In this document: in pieces, positions 9,256 to 18,661 of the stretch
Layout of the letters: every line of letters starts with the position of its first letter
How positions within the stretch are numbered: position 1 is the stretch's first letter
Virus record (IMG/VR): IMGVR_UViG_3300025840_000014
Reading direction: 5' to 3' (one strand)
Origin: an uncultured virus (IMG/VR IMGVR_UViG_3300025840_000014)
Taxonomy: Duplodnaviria > Heunggongvirae > Uroviricota > Caudoviricetes
Length of the DNA stretch: 57,482 nt
Made by a program: the position numbers and the translations under genes
Notes under the pieces: model-generated
Told to the model about the DNA's origin: nothing
The model's input: only the letters and a program-made list of their open reading frames with translations
Database searches by the model: none

Positions 9256-9777
9256 ATGCCTGAACTCTACGAAACTGATGATGACAAGCCGACTGCTGCG
9301 CCTGCCACTCCGCTGGCTGCTGCGATGCCGGAGGAAAGCCCGCTTCAGCGTTTGCGTAAAACCATTTCCGCGAAGGTTGAGCGTCCGCTGGTCCTTTTGG
9401 AGGTCCCAGACCGTCCAGATGTGTGCCTGAGGATCAGCCCGAACATCTCGCAGAAAGCGATGAAGTCGTGGCGCAAGAACGCTGGCGAAGACACCAAAAA
9501 GGGCTTGGATCCGACGATTTTCGCCTCTTACGTGATCGGCCACACTACTGTTGGTATCGAAATCGACGGTGAAGAAGTGTTTGATGATGACGGTCACTCG
9601 CTGAACTTCGCTTCTGCCGACATTTTGCAGTCAACTGGCACTACGCGGCCGGTCCCTGACGCTGTTTTGGCGTTTTTTAACACCGATCCGCATGTCGAGT
9701 CTGCTGCTCTCGCTATTTTGGAGGCTGCAGGGTACGGCGAGACCGTTGATACGGTGGACCCTACGAAGAACTCCTAG
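9256..9777 (+). CDS. Tail assembly chaperone (gpG-like)
   Basis: Between tube and tape measure; ATG 9256; ends ...VDPTKNS. Confidence 0.75.
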   Translation: MPELYETDDDKPTAAPATPLAAAMPEESPLQRLRKTISAKVERPLVLLEVPDRPDVCLRISPNISQKAMKSWRKNAGEDTKKGLDPTIFASYVIGHTTVGIEIDGEEVFDDDGHSLNFASADILQSTGTTRPVPDAVLAFFNTDPHVESAALAILEAAGYGETVDTVDPTKNS

Positions 9778-9959
9778 ACGAACTAGCCGACGACAACCAT
9801 GTCAAGTCGGCAGCAAGACTAGGAGAATTGTGGGGGACCAACCCTCTGGACCTTTTATCACTTGATGATGATGACTGGTTGGTATTACTAGCATGTGCTA
9901 AAGTGGTAGAACGGGATCGCGAGGAGCAGGAACGTCGCAGAAACCAGAATAGATCGTAG
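9750..9959 (+). CDS. gpT-like -1 frame extension of the tail assembly chaperone (not in ORF track)
   Basis: -1 frame is open from 9750 to TAG 9957-9959 (YEELLDELADD...RNQNRS). No ATG; fills the gap up to the tape measure gene. Confidence 0.7.
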   Translation, partial: YGGPYEELLDELADDNHVKSAARLGELWGTNPLDLLSLDDDDWLVLLACAKVVERDREEQERRRNQNRS

Positions 9960-9970
9960 GACGGACCCTG

Positions 9971-12900
9971 ATGGCAGATGCAAATCTTTTAGTTCGCATC
10001 AGAGCCTCGGGCGAACGAAATCTTGTACAGGTTAGGCGACAACTTGACCGCATCACCGCATCTGCAACTGCCGCCGGTTTAGCACTAAAAGCGTTTTCGC
10101 GTGGTTATGCCGACGACCTGAAATCTCGTCTCTCCAAGACAGAGAATCGGTGGAAAAAGCATTTTGACGAACTTGACGGCATGGTCCGCATGTTCGGAAA
10201 AATCACCCTTCGTGGTCTAAGTCTTGCCCTGAAGGCTACGGCTGCCGAGTTCGCCCTAGTAGGCGCCTCAATGGTTGCTGTACATGGCTTATTTGCCGCA
10301 GGGCAACAGATAATGCGTGGCTACCATGCGTTCCTCAACGTTGTCGCTGCTGGCGCGGCTGCTGCCGCTGTTGCTATTGCTGGTGTTGCGGCTGCCCTTC
10401 GCGAGCAAAACGCGGCGATGTTCGCCTACAAGGCTTCTGGATATAGCCAGTTCGGAAACAACCTCAATCAGGTCCGCGTCATCATGCGTGGTCTGGAGCG
10501 TGATTCACGCTTGGCTTCGGTCGGAGTCGAGAATCTACAGGCTGCTTATGCTGCCGTTTCTCAGCGCTCAACGTTTACGCAAGGCTCCCGAGGTCTTCTT
10601 CGTGGGTTGATGGACTTCGCTTCGGCTGGTCAGCCCATTGAAGACGGGGTTAAGGCAGCCGGTGAACTTATCGGCGTGTTGCAAGATCCGAAAGCGTCGT
10701 TTGCGGAGGTTACGAAAGCCGCTGAGGCGTTGGGCCCATCGATGAAGAAAGCCTTGGAGGAGGCCAAGAAGCAGGGCATCGATACTGCGGATGAACTGAA
10801 GAAAGCGATTCAGGACGGTTCGCTTTCTGTTTTGGGCGGAGTTGAAGGCCAGTTCGATGCGGTGAACTCGACGGTTATTTCGGTTGCTAAGGCCGGGTTT
10901 AACCAGATTCGTGCGGAGTTCGCGGATTTGGGTCAGCCGCTCCTTGCGCCAATCAAAGAAGCGTTAGATGAAGTAACTCGGGTTTTCACACGAACGTTTA
11001 TGCGTGTGCGTGGCGAACTTGTCAAGTTTGGGCGTAGCGATTTCGTTGATAGCATCGTTGGGTTCGCGGAGAAGTTGGAAAGCATCTTTGTCAAATTGTT
11101 TCGAACGTATCTGCCTCGTGCTGATGGGATGATGGAACGTCTCGCTGACAGGTGGGATCGTTTTACCAGAGGCTGGAATGATTTGAAAGAATCATTGCGT
11201 CCGCTGATTAAGGGCGCACGAATTCTTGAACAGGTTTTCAAAAATATTTTTGGTCCTGTTTGGGAACAAATTAAAGCCACGTTCACGACCCTTAACGTGC
11301 AGTTGCAGGATAACGAAACTCAACTTCTTGAGTTTGGCGACAAACTGGGCGCCATTCTTGTCACTGCAAAACAAGTGATCGAAACGATCCGCGAACTGTT
11401 CTTCAAATCGCTGCCATTCGTGAACAAACTTCTTGAAGGTGTCCGCGATGTCGTTCAGATGATTGCCGACATGCTCAAAGGTTTGTCTGACACGTTTGGC
11501 GGTTCTGGTTTTGGAGCGTTTGCAACCCTGATGGGTATTGGCATTGTTGGCCGTGGGATGAAAAACACTAAAGGTGGTTTTCTTCCGCAAAGTGTCCAGA
11601 ACATGAATGTGAACGCCGGAAATGTAACTGTTACTGGGTTTACTGCCGGTGGTCAGATGAACGCTTTGGCTGCACGTAACCAGCGTCTTGTTGGCAACCC
11701 GTTGGGTCTTTCTCCTGCTGCTGGCGGTTCGTTCTCTGGGCCTTCCTCGCCGATTGGTGGTGGCGCAGCGGCAGGATTGCGTTCAAGTAGGAGTTCTGGG
11801 TTTGGTTACACAATGCTCGGTGGAACCCGGGCGGCAAACCAAGCGTATTATGCTCAAACTGGGCAGTTGCCCCCATCGTTCTTGCAACGTTTTTCTGGAT
11901 CTATGGGCCCGCGTGCAGGACGTGATAGTTATCAGTTTAAGCGCTTGATGCAGATGAACCAGCGCCCATCAGCGATGATGGGAACGATGCTGGGTCTCGG
12001 CATGTTGGGCAGCATCATGCCAGAAGAAACGCAGGGCGCTATGAATCTTGGCGCGGCGGTTGGTGCTTTCAACCCGCTTGCCGGTCTTGCTGTTGCTGGT
12101 CTTGGTACGGCGTTGACTTCGGAGAACGAGGCTGTCGGAATGCTGGGCGGTCTTGGTGGCGGTGTGGCTGCGGGCGCAATGGTTGGCGGTCTTCCGGGAG
12201 CCATTGTGGGTGGTGTTGCTGGCGCTTTGGTCGGTGGCATGAAGGCATGGTGGAACCGGAATGAACGGAAGAAAGAAGAGGCACGCGAGGTTGGCGCTGC
12301 GGTAGCGGAAGATCTTTTTGGTTCCGTTCTTGAGGGTATTGCCGGCGTCGGAAGTATGGCCATGGGTGGACCGCGTGGACCGTTGAGCATGAACCGAGAA
12401 AATCGGTTGCGCGGAATCGCGGATCGTGCCGCTTACAACACCAACATCTTTAAATCTGGTCGCGGAAGCAGGAATGACGAGAACAAAGCGATGAAGCAGC
12501 AGATCGATGATCTGTACAACCAACAGGCGAAATATGGCATCGAGATGGAGGAAGCCGATTACCTGAAGGCTTTGGAAAAGCCACGAGAGTTTTTGATGAC
12601 ACTTAGTGAAGACGTTTTGGCTATGGCTGACTCGTCCAAACTTCTTCGCGAATCATATGACGCCAGAATGGCGAACAGGTGGACTTCCGCTCTCGGTATG
12701 ACTGAGGATGCTGTGATCAGTTTGGCTGACGAACTCGGTGTCAACTTGTATGACGCCACGAAGAGCGCAGATGAAATTCTGTCTCAACTCACACGCAATA
12801 TGGTTCATAGTTACAAAGAGTTGGAGCACGCATTCTCCGATGCTGCAGCAGAGGCTATTTCCGCTCTCGATGTTGCTATTGCACGCGAGGAAGCGCCGCT

Positions 12901-13972
12901 GGTCTTGAACGAAGCCGCACAAAACATCAAGGACATGATTGATGAGGGTGGTTTCAAGGATGCGGACATTATCCGCGAACTTCAAGCCATGTACGGCGGC
13001 TATCTCGATTTCTTCGAAGGTGACGCGATTAAGGCTGGGGTTGCGTTCCAGCAGGAACTTGTCGAGGGTGGCGCTTTCGGCCAAGGCAAATTGCTTGGTG
13101 GCGGTGAGTACGGGTCAATCGTTCAGCGGATTGTGTCTGACATCCCGTCGTTGATCCCGACCGGGTCAATCGGGGAAATGATCCGAAACACGATTGGTGC
13201 ACAAGGTTTCGAAGTTGCCGGAATGCGTGGCAGTGATGCGACGTTGGATCAGGTCCTTTCCGGTATGACCACTTCTCAGTTGACGACTTTGTTGTCTGGT
13301 CTTGAGGGCGCTGGTGACTTCAAGGATATGGATGTCGGGCAAATCCAAACCGCCTTGCGCAACATGGGACTTGATGTGATGATCCAATCAATTAAGGATC
13401 AGAGTGAGAACGATGCGCAGACGTTTGAGGATGCGAGCGATAAATTCCAAAGTTCCGTAAACCGGTTGATTAATGCTCTGGACGAAGCGGCGATCAAGAT
13501 TGCGGGTGAAGGTGACACGTCAACTCCTCGTGGAGATACGACATCGAGCAGGTTTGCTAGGACAATGTCAGCACATAATTCGCTCTCGTCGATGATTGCT
13601 GGCAAGCAGATTGTTACTTCAGGGTGGCGAAACAGTAATCTTGGCTCTCCGAGTTCGGATCATCTGTATGGTCGAGCGCTCGACTTGACGGGCCAAAATT
13701 TGGGTCTTTACAAGACTGCGGTTGAGGCTCAGGGCGGTTTCGCCGAGTTCCACGGTTCAAATGGAGGACGCCACCTTCATGTTGTGCCTAACGTTGAGGC
13801 ACAGGGCGACTCGTCGTCCCCGGTCGCTATTGGTATGGGTGGCTCGGGTGGTTCTGCAACCTATAACTATACGATCAATGTGAATGGGGCGGGGGCTGAC
13901 CCGCAGGAGATCGCGGAGACTGTTATGACTCGTATTAAAGCGCGTGAGCGTTCTGATCGGGAGCGTCGATAA
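9971..13972 (+). CDS. Tape measure protein with C-terminal M15-like Zn peptidase domain
   Basis: 1333 aa, Ala/Gly-rich and helical, after the chaperones. C-terminal TSGWR...SDHLYGRALD...HLHV. Confidence 0.88.
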   Translation: MADANLLVRIRASGERNLVQVRRQLDRITASATAAGLALKAFSRGYADDLKSRLSKTENRWKKHFDELDGMVRMFGKITLRGLSLALKATAAEFALVGASMVAVHGLFAAGQQIMRGYHAFLNVVAAGAAAAAVAIAGVAAALREQNAAMFAYKASGYSQFGNNLNQVRVIMRGLERDSRLASVGVENLQAAYAAVSQRSTFTQGSRGLLRGLMDFASAGQPIEDGVKAAGELIGVLQDPKASFAEVTKAAEALGPSMKKALEEAKKQGIDTADELKKAIQDGSLSVLGGVEGQFDAVNSTVISVAKAGFNQIRAEFADLGQPLLAPIKEALDEVTRVFTRTFMRVRGELVKFGRSDFVDSIVGFAEKLESIFVKLFRTYLPRADGMMERLADRWDRFTRGWNDLKESLRPLIKGARILEQVFKNIFGPVWEQIKATFTTLNVQLQDNETQLLEFGDKLGAILVTAKQVIETIRELFFKSLPFVNKLLEGVRDVVQMIADMLKGLSDTFGGSGFGAFATLMGIGIVGRGMKNTKGGFLPQSVQNMNVNAGNVTVTGFTAGGQMNALAARNQRLVGNPLGLSPAAGGSFSGPSSPIGGGAAAGLRSSRSSGFGYTMLGGTRAANQAYYAQTGQLPPSFLQRFSGSMGPRAGRDSYQFKRLMQMNQRPSAMMGTMLGLGMLGSIMPEETQGAMNLGAAVGAFNPLAGLAVAGLGTALTSENEAVGMLGGLGGGVAAGAMVGGLPGAIVGGVAGALVGGMKAWWNRNERKKEEAREVGAAVAEDLFGSVLEGIAGVGSMAMGGPRGPLSMNRENRLRGIADRAAYNTNIFKSGRGSRNDENKAMKQQIDDLYNQQAKYGIEMEEADYLKALEKPREFLMTLSEDVLAMADSSKLLRESYDARMANRWTSALGMTEDAVISLADELGVNLYDATKSADEILSQLTRNMVHSYKELEHAFSDAAAEAISALDVAIAREEAPLVLNEAAQNIKDMIDEGGFKDADIIRELQAMYGGYLDFFEGDAIKAGVAFQQELVEGGAFGQGKLLGGGEYGSIVQRIVSDIPSLIPTGSIGEMIRNTIGAQGFEVAGMRGSDATLDQVLSGMTTSQLTTLLSGLEGAGDFKDMDVGQIQTALRNMGLDVMIQSIKDQSENDAQTFEDASDKFQSSVNRLINALDEAAIKIAGEGDTSTPRGDTTSSRFARTMSAHNSLSSMIAGKQIVTSGWRNSNLGSPSSDHLYGRALDLTGQNLGLYKTAVEAQGGFAEFHGSNGGRHLHVVPNVEAQGDSSSPVAIGMGGSGGSATYNYTINVNGAGADPQEIAETVMTRIKARERSDRERR

Positions 13973-15612
13973 TGGCATCGTCTTGGCCTGACTATGTTGT
14001 CAAAGTTAAGAGTGGCGGCACCAAGTATTCGGACATCCGCCGTAGCGGCACGACGGGTGGCCGGGGTTCTGGTGTTACTCGCTATAGGCACACAGGTTAT
14101 TGGGGCATTGTCGTGTTGGGGAACGATCAGTACATTGTTCCGTTGTTTGCGCGCGAGCAAAGAAGTGGCCCATATGGGGCGTTGAAGAATTCCGGCGGAA
14201 CACCAGTTACGCATGAGCAACACTTGGACAACGTGCACACCGAAAACATGAGAGTCGCAGGAACCGACGAACCTCAAAAAAAGCCGACTTACTATTACGA
14301 CGGCAAGGCATATCATTGGGACGGGAAAACATACGCTTACGGCACGTCCAACTATCTTGGTATTGATAAACGAACCTATACTTGGGATCCAACTGCTGCC
14401 GGTGCAAAATACTATTTCGGTGATGGACGGTCGGCTCGGGTATACCCAAATGATTTCCAAAAGAAAACTAGCGGGTCAAAAGACGTGCACCTCCAAAGGT
14501 ACGGAGCAACGTCATCTTCTACCAGCACTGAAGTTTTTCAAGATAACGATGTTTCTCAGTTGGATATCGACTCTGACCGTCGTCTAGAAAGCGCGCGTAC
14601 TGCTGCAAGAATCGCGATGGATGCTATCGCTGATGGCGGCAACCAGCGAAAATTGAGTGGCCAGTCGAGGCAAGAATGGTTTTCTAATCAGAGTGTAAAA
14701 ACTGCTGCTGAGAATGCTTTGCGTGCAAAAGGTTATTCAGATGCGATGATCGCTTGGTATTTTAACCCGAGCACAAACTTTCCTACCTCACAGGTGTTTA
14801 CCGGTCCGTCTGGCAATAACACTGGTACAAATTCTGGTGGTTCTGGTGGCGGTGGACAGAGCAGCCCTCCACGCACACAGATCGCTCCTACGCCTGCGGT
14901 GACTCGCGTGACTATTCGTGCACCTTTCGGCTATGCGGCACCTCCGGAGAAAGCACCTGATGTTCGACCTCAGTTGGTGCAGAATTACACTGATTACGAG
15001 CGAGATGCTGGTGTTGAATCAGGTTATCGTTCGCGGAAAAAGCAGTCTGTTTTTTACTTCCCTTATGTTCCTTCGCAGGTTCAATATTCTGGTCTTGGTT
15101 CCGAGTGGGTCGAAATTCCACGACAAGGCAATTTCCCGATTGTTGAATGGTCGAACTGGAACTTGCTTAAAGTACAAATGGAATTTCTGATCGCTGAGGA
15201 TCGTCAGGAAAATGGTGGCGCAACTGTTCCTGACGGCATTTTCAACAGCGTTTCTCGACGTATCCAAACGTTGCGTGAAATGGCGCAGAGGCAGGCAGCG
15301 GTAAGTGTTTTTAACTTGGACGACATGTTCCGGGTCCAACTACTTCGTGCGAAACAAACTGGTAAACCAATGCAGTTTGTTATTAGCGGGTTGGAAATAA
15401 CCGCACTGCGACGGTCGCAAAACTCTATCGAGAAAGAAATAACTGCTGCTCAAGTGAATTTGACGTTGCAGGAAATTCCGATTGAAGAGGTTACTCTCGT
15501 AAAGATGTCGCCTCCTGAATTTTCCGAAGATCCACCGAAACGTAAAAAAGATAACGACGACACCGAACCATCAAACCCCCTTTATACAGATACATTCGAT
15601 TTCTTCTGGTAG
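13972..15612 (+). CDS. Tail tube initiator / baseplate protein with long N-terminal extension
   Basis: C-terminal FPYVPSQVQY...WVEIPRQG..PIVEW...VNLTLQE resembles P2 gpU-like tube-initiator domains; located after the tape measure. Confidence 0.6.
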   Translation: MASSWPDYVVKVKSGGTKYSDIRRSGTTGGRGSGVTRYRHTGYWGIVVLGNDQYIVPLFAREQRSGPYGALKNSGGTPVTHEQHLDNVHTENMRVAGTDEPQKKPTYYYDGKAYHWDGKTYAYGTSNYLGIDKRTYTWDPTAAGAKYYFGDGRSARVYPNDFQKKTSGSKDVHLQRYGATSSSTSTEVFQDNDVSQLDIDSDRRLESARTAARIAMDAIADGGNQRKLSGQSRQEWFSNQSVKTAAENALRAKGYSDAMIAWYFNPSTNFPTSQVFTGPSGNNTGTNSGGSGGGGQSSPPRTQIAPTPAVTRVTIRAPFGYAAPPEKAPDVRPQLVQNYTDYERDAGVESGYRSRKKQSVFYFPYVPSQVQYSGLGSEWVEIPRQGNFPIVEWSNWNLLKVQMEFLIAEDRQENGGATVPDGIFNSVSRRIQTLREMAQRQAAVSVFNLDDMFRVQLLRAKQTGKPMQFVISGLEITALRRSQNSIEKEITAAQVNLTLQEIPIEEVTLVKMSPPEFSEDPPKRKKDNDDTEPSNPLYTDTFDFFW

Positions 15613-15617
15613 GCGTC

Positions 15618-16676
15618 ATGAGCGAAAAAGACATTGCCGAACGCCGTGGGGATCTGATTTTTTTTGATCCTAAATACGCAGACAGCGAAAGTGATCTAAG
15701 CCGCAACCTGTTGAGTCTCGAAGTGTCGATGGGTATCGATTTGGCCACTCAGGTTACCGCTCAGGTGCACGACAGCCAATTTCGACTTGCGCAAAACAAC
15801 TACTTTGTTATAGGCAGGGACGCATTTTTCCGTACATCTACTGTCGGTGATTTGAGTGAAATTCATGGCACCAACAGCGTCCGCCTGCAGGACAATTTGT
15901 TCATGCGTCTAGAAATTGCGGCCGTTGCTTGCTCGGCTGGGGTTGGGGCGCAACCGGTGTGGACTGTTGAACTCCGCAATAAAGCGGTTCAGCAGATGCG
16001 TCGCGATAAGAACCCTGCATCGATCGAAGGCAGTGCGCATGACTACGTTATTAACGCGGCTCAAAAGTATGGTCTGGATGTAGTTGCTCAACCGACTGAT
16101 AAAACGCGGAAGATCAATAAGGCAACTTCTGATCGTGCTGCCGATTCGGTGTGGGATGTGTTGCAAAATTTGGCTAGCGAGTCAAAGTATGTGGTATTCG
16201 AAACCGAAAATATTTTGTTTTTCGGTTCTCAAAAATGGCTTCTTGGTAGATGGGGTTCAAAGACGTCGGCTTGGCCTTTCGAATCTATTGCATATCACCT
16301 TAAGCCCGGCGATCGTTACAATTATTGCCTCGTAAGTTTCCCACCCAAGAAAGACGAAACGTTCCGTCCGGTAACAATGCCTGACATGCGCCGGTCGGAT
16401 AACGATCCCCTTGAAGTTCAGGGGTCGGTTGAGTTGGAAAGGGAAGCCGGTTCTGCGTTGCGCCCGGGAATGAGTGTTTATATTGCCAACTATCCGACAT
16501 TTGAAGGGCTGTATCTAATTGACAACGTCGAGTATTCACATCTTGGCACGGCTCCTGTCCGGGTTTCCTTCCGCTCTCCGGAACGAGAAGAAAAAGATAT
16601 TCGCCAATTGAAGGTTTTGGACGAATACATTGACCCATACGAGGGCAACAGTACGTTTTATGCGAGGAAGTTTTGA
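15618..16676 (+). CDS. Baseplate hub protein (gpD/gp27-like)
   Basis: AQKYGL, DSVWDVLQNLA, LRPGMSV...FEGLYLIDNVEY hub motifs. Confidence 0.75.
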   Translation: MSEKDIAERRGDLIFFDPKYADSESDLSRNLLSLEVSMGIDLATQVTAQVHDSQFRLAQNNYFVIGRDAFFRTSTVGDLSEIHGTNSVRLQDNLFMRLEIAAVACSAGVGAQPVWTVELRNKAVQQMRRDKNPASIEGSAHDYVINAAQKYGLDVVAQPTDKTRKINKATSDRAADSVWDVLQNLASESKYVVFETENILFFGSQKWLLGRWGSKTSAWPFESIAYHLKPGDRYNYCLVSFPPKKDETFRPVTMPDMRRSDNDPLEVQGSVELEREAGSALRPGMSVYIANYPTFEGLYLIDNVEYSHLGTAPVRVSFRSPEREEKDIRQLKVLDEYIDPYEGNSTFYARKF

Positions 16677-17092
16677 TGGCCGCTAACTTCATTTCACAGC
16701 AGAGCGGCGCGTCTCACCCGTTACAGCCCGGAGGTATTTATCTAGGTACCGTCGCAGGGATCAATGGGCGCAAATTGCGTATTTCCGTGGAACACATTGG
16801 TATTACTGTTGAGACCAGTTTTGTTGCGGCGCGTTCCCCAAAGGAGCCTTTCCGTAAGGGTGATCGTGTCGTATGTGCTTTTCTGAATTTAGAAAAAAAC
16901 GATTTGGTGGTTCTTGGCCATGTCAATAGAAATTGGGATGTGTTTACGCTTCAGACGTTCTCGAACGTCCTCCAAAGCAGGATTACCGCCCTTGAGGAAG
17001 AAGTGGAAACCCTATCCAGCCGTCTGGCAAATGCAGAAACAGCGATAAACGCGTTGCAAACAGGCAAGGCGAATGTCGGCCACACCCACTAA
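16676..17092 (+). CDS. Baseplate spike protein (gpV-like) with terminal HxH
   Basis: OB-fold-like N-terminus (GIYLGTV...KGDRVVCAF...VVLG), coiled coil, ends GHTH. Confidence 0.7.
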   Translation: MAANFISQQSGASHPLQPGGIYLGTVAGINGRKLRISVEHIGITVETSFVAARSPKEPFRKGDRVVCAFLNLEKNDLVVLGHVNRNWDVFTLQTFSNVLQSRITALEEEVETLSSRLANAETAINALQTGKANVGHTH

Positions 17093-17122
17093 TACCATGT
17101 AAAATATAGCCAGAGGTGCCCG

Positions 17123-17416
17123 ATGGACTCAATTAAATTCCCCATGCAATTTACTTCTGGCGGTCTGTCTCGCGTCGCGGAGGAGTCTGACGAGTATTAT
17201 CGCCAACTTCTAGCGATCTCAGCGTTGACTGAGCCCAACTCGCTTCCGCTTACTCCGGATTTCGGTATTTGGGACCCCACCTTCTCGACCGTCGAGAAAG
17301 GCCAGTTTGTGCTTCACTCGTCGCGATTTGTCCCAGAAGTCGAAATTGAAGAAGTTGACGTGAGCATCAACGACGAAGGTGAGTCGGTCGTTAGTTTTGC
17401 GTATAGGAGACGGTAA
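17123..17416 (+). CDS. Baseplate wedge / sheath initiator (gp25-like)
   Basis: IKFPMQF, P-x-PDFG, RFVPEVEI; 97 aa, directly before the J-like gene. Confidence 0.7.
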   Translation: MDSIKFPMQFTSGGLSRVAEESDEYYRQLLAISALTEPNSLPLTPDFGIWDPTFSTVEKGQFVLHSSRFVPEVEIEEVDVSINDEGESVVSFAYRRR

Positions 17417-17418
17417 AG

Positions 17419-18660
17419 ATGCCCATGGATTTCACTGAATATGTTGATCTAAGCGTCCACGACCTCAGCCCTACCGATATTTATCTGGGGGCCATCGAAC
17501 TGGCGCGTCTCGTTTTGCCGGAATTCGAGTTGCGTCAGGGCACTCCCGATGATGCGCTGTTTCAAGCAATGGCACAAATGTCGGCTTTGCAGGTTGTAGC
17601 AATCAATCGTCTCCCGAATCGCTTGATGCAAGGCATTGGGGCGATTATGGGTGTTCAGCGTGACGAGGGTCGACGTTCGACAGTTACTGCGACAATCGTT
17701 GCTGACTATGACGGCGCGTTTATTCCGGCGAACACAAACGTTATTCAAAATGCCACTATTCTCGGTGAGCAGGAGCAGTACTACTATTCTACTGCCACAG
17801 ATGTGACTATCCCGGCCGTGACAGTTACTGAGAACCCAGATGGTTCACCGGCTGCTTTTCCTTCCGCCGATGTTGAACTGGTTGCGTTGTACACCGGTAT
17901 TCAGCCGACCGTGAACGCCAACACTGATTTCGTACTAGATGTCGTCAATCCAAGCGTTTTGAACATTTTTTCTCTCGACGATTTTGTTAACGGCTCAAAT
18001 GCCGAAGAAGCAACTGCTTACATGGATCGTCTGGCAACAAGCCTTCGTGGCGCCAGTAATACCGTCACCACCGCAAACCAAATGCAGGCATACTTGTTGG
18101 CTAACCGAACAGACCTCAGCAAGGTGAAGGTTTACGACAACACGGACCCGGAGGATGCGTATTCTGCTCAAATTGGGTCCGCGCCTTCACGCGGCTATAC
18201 CGCGATTTACGCCTACGGCATCAACCGAACCCTAACTGAAGAAGAGTTGTATGAAGTCACTGTCGACATTTCGGAGGTGTCGACCGCTGGTTTGAATATC
18301 TCAACGCAGAACTTTACCTTTATCGATCTTGGCGTAACTGTTTCATTTGTTGTCGATCGGGCCTATGACCTCGGCGATATGCAGCAACTCGTTGTTGACC
18401 GGATCCAAGATTTGCTTTCCCCAACTGGATTCACCAGCGAAGCGGAAGCAGTACAGACTTCTGAAATCGCAAACGTTGTTCGAAGTCTGACAGGCATCCG
18501 ATATGTTGAATCGGTGGCGCTGTCTGACCCAGACAATCTTCTTGCCAGCGGCGATCCTCTCATTCAGGTCGACGCCTTTGGCAACTACAATTTCACGAAA
18601 AAGGGAATTCTTCCTTTCATCGACGCTGTGAATATAACTGCGACGGGTCGGGTGCAGTAA
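17419..18660 (+). CDS. Baseplate J-like protein
   Basis: G-x-PDDALFQA, GVQR, NGSNAEE...Y-x-DRL, IRYVESV; size and position fit. Confidence 0.8.
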   Translation: MPMDFTEYVDLSVHDLSPTDIYLGAIELARLVLPEFELRQGTPDDALFQAMAQMSALQVVAINRLPNRLMQGIGAIMGVQRDEGRRSTVTATIVADYDGAFIPANTNVIQNATILGEQEQYYYSTATDVTIPAVTVTENPDGSPAAFPSADVELVALYTGIQPTVNANTDFVLDVVNPSVLNIFSLDDFVNGSNAEEATAYMDRLATSLRGASNTVTTANQMQAYLLANRTDLSKVKVYDNTDPEDAYSAQIGSAPSRGYTAIYAYGINRTLTEEELYEVTVDISEVSTAGLNISTQNFTFIDLGVTVSFVVDRAYDLGDMQQLVVDRIQDLLSPTGFTSEAEAVQTSEIANVVRSLTGIRYVESVALSDPDNLLASGDPLIQVDAFGNYNFTKKGILPFIDAVNITATGRVQ

Positions 18661-18661
18661 G

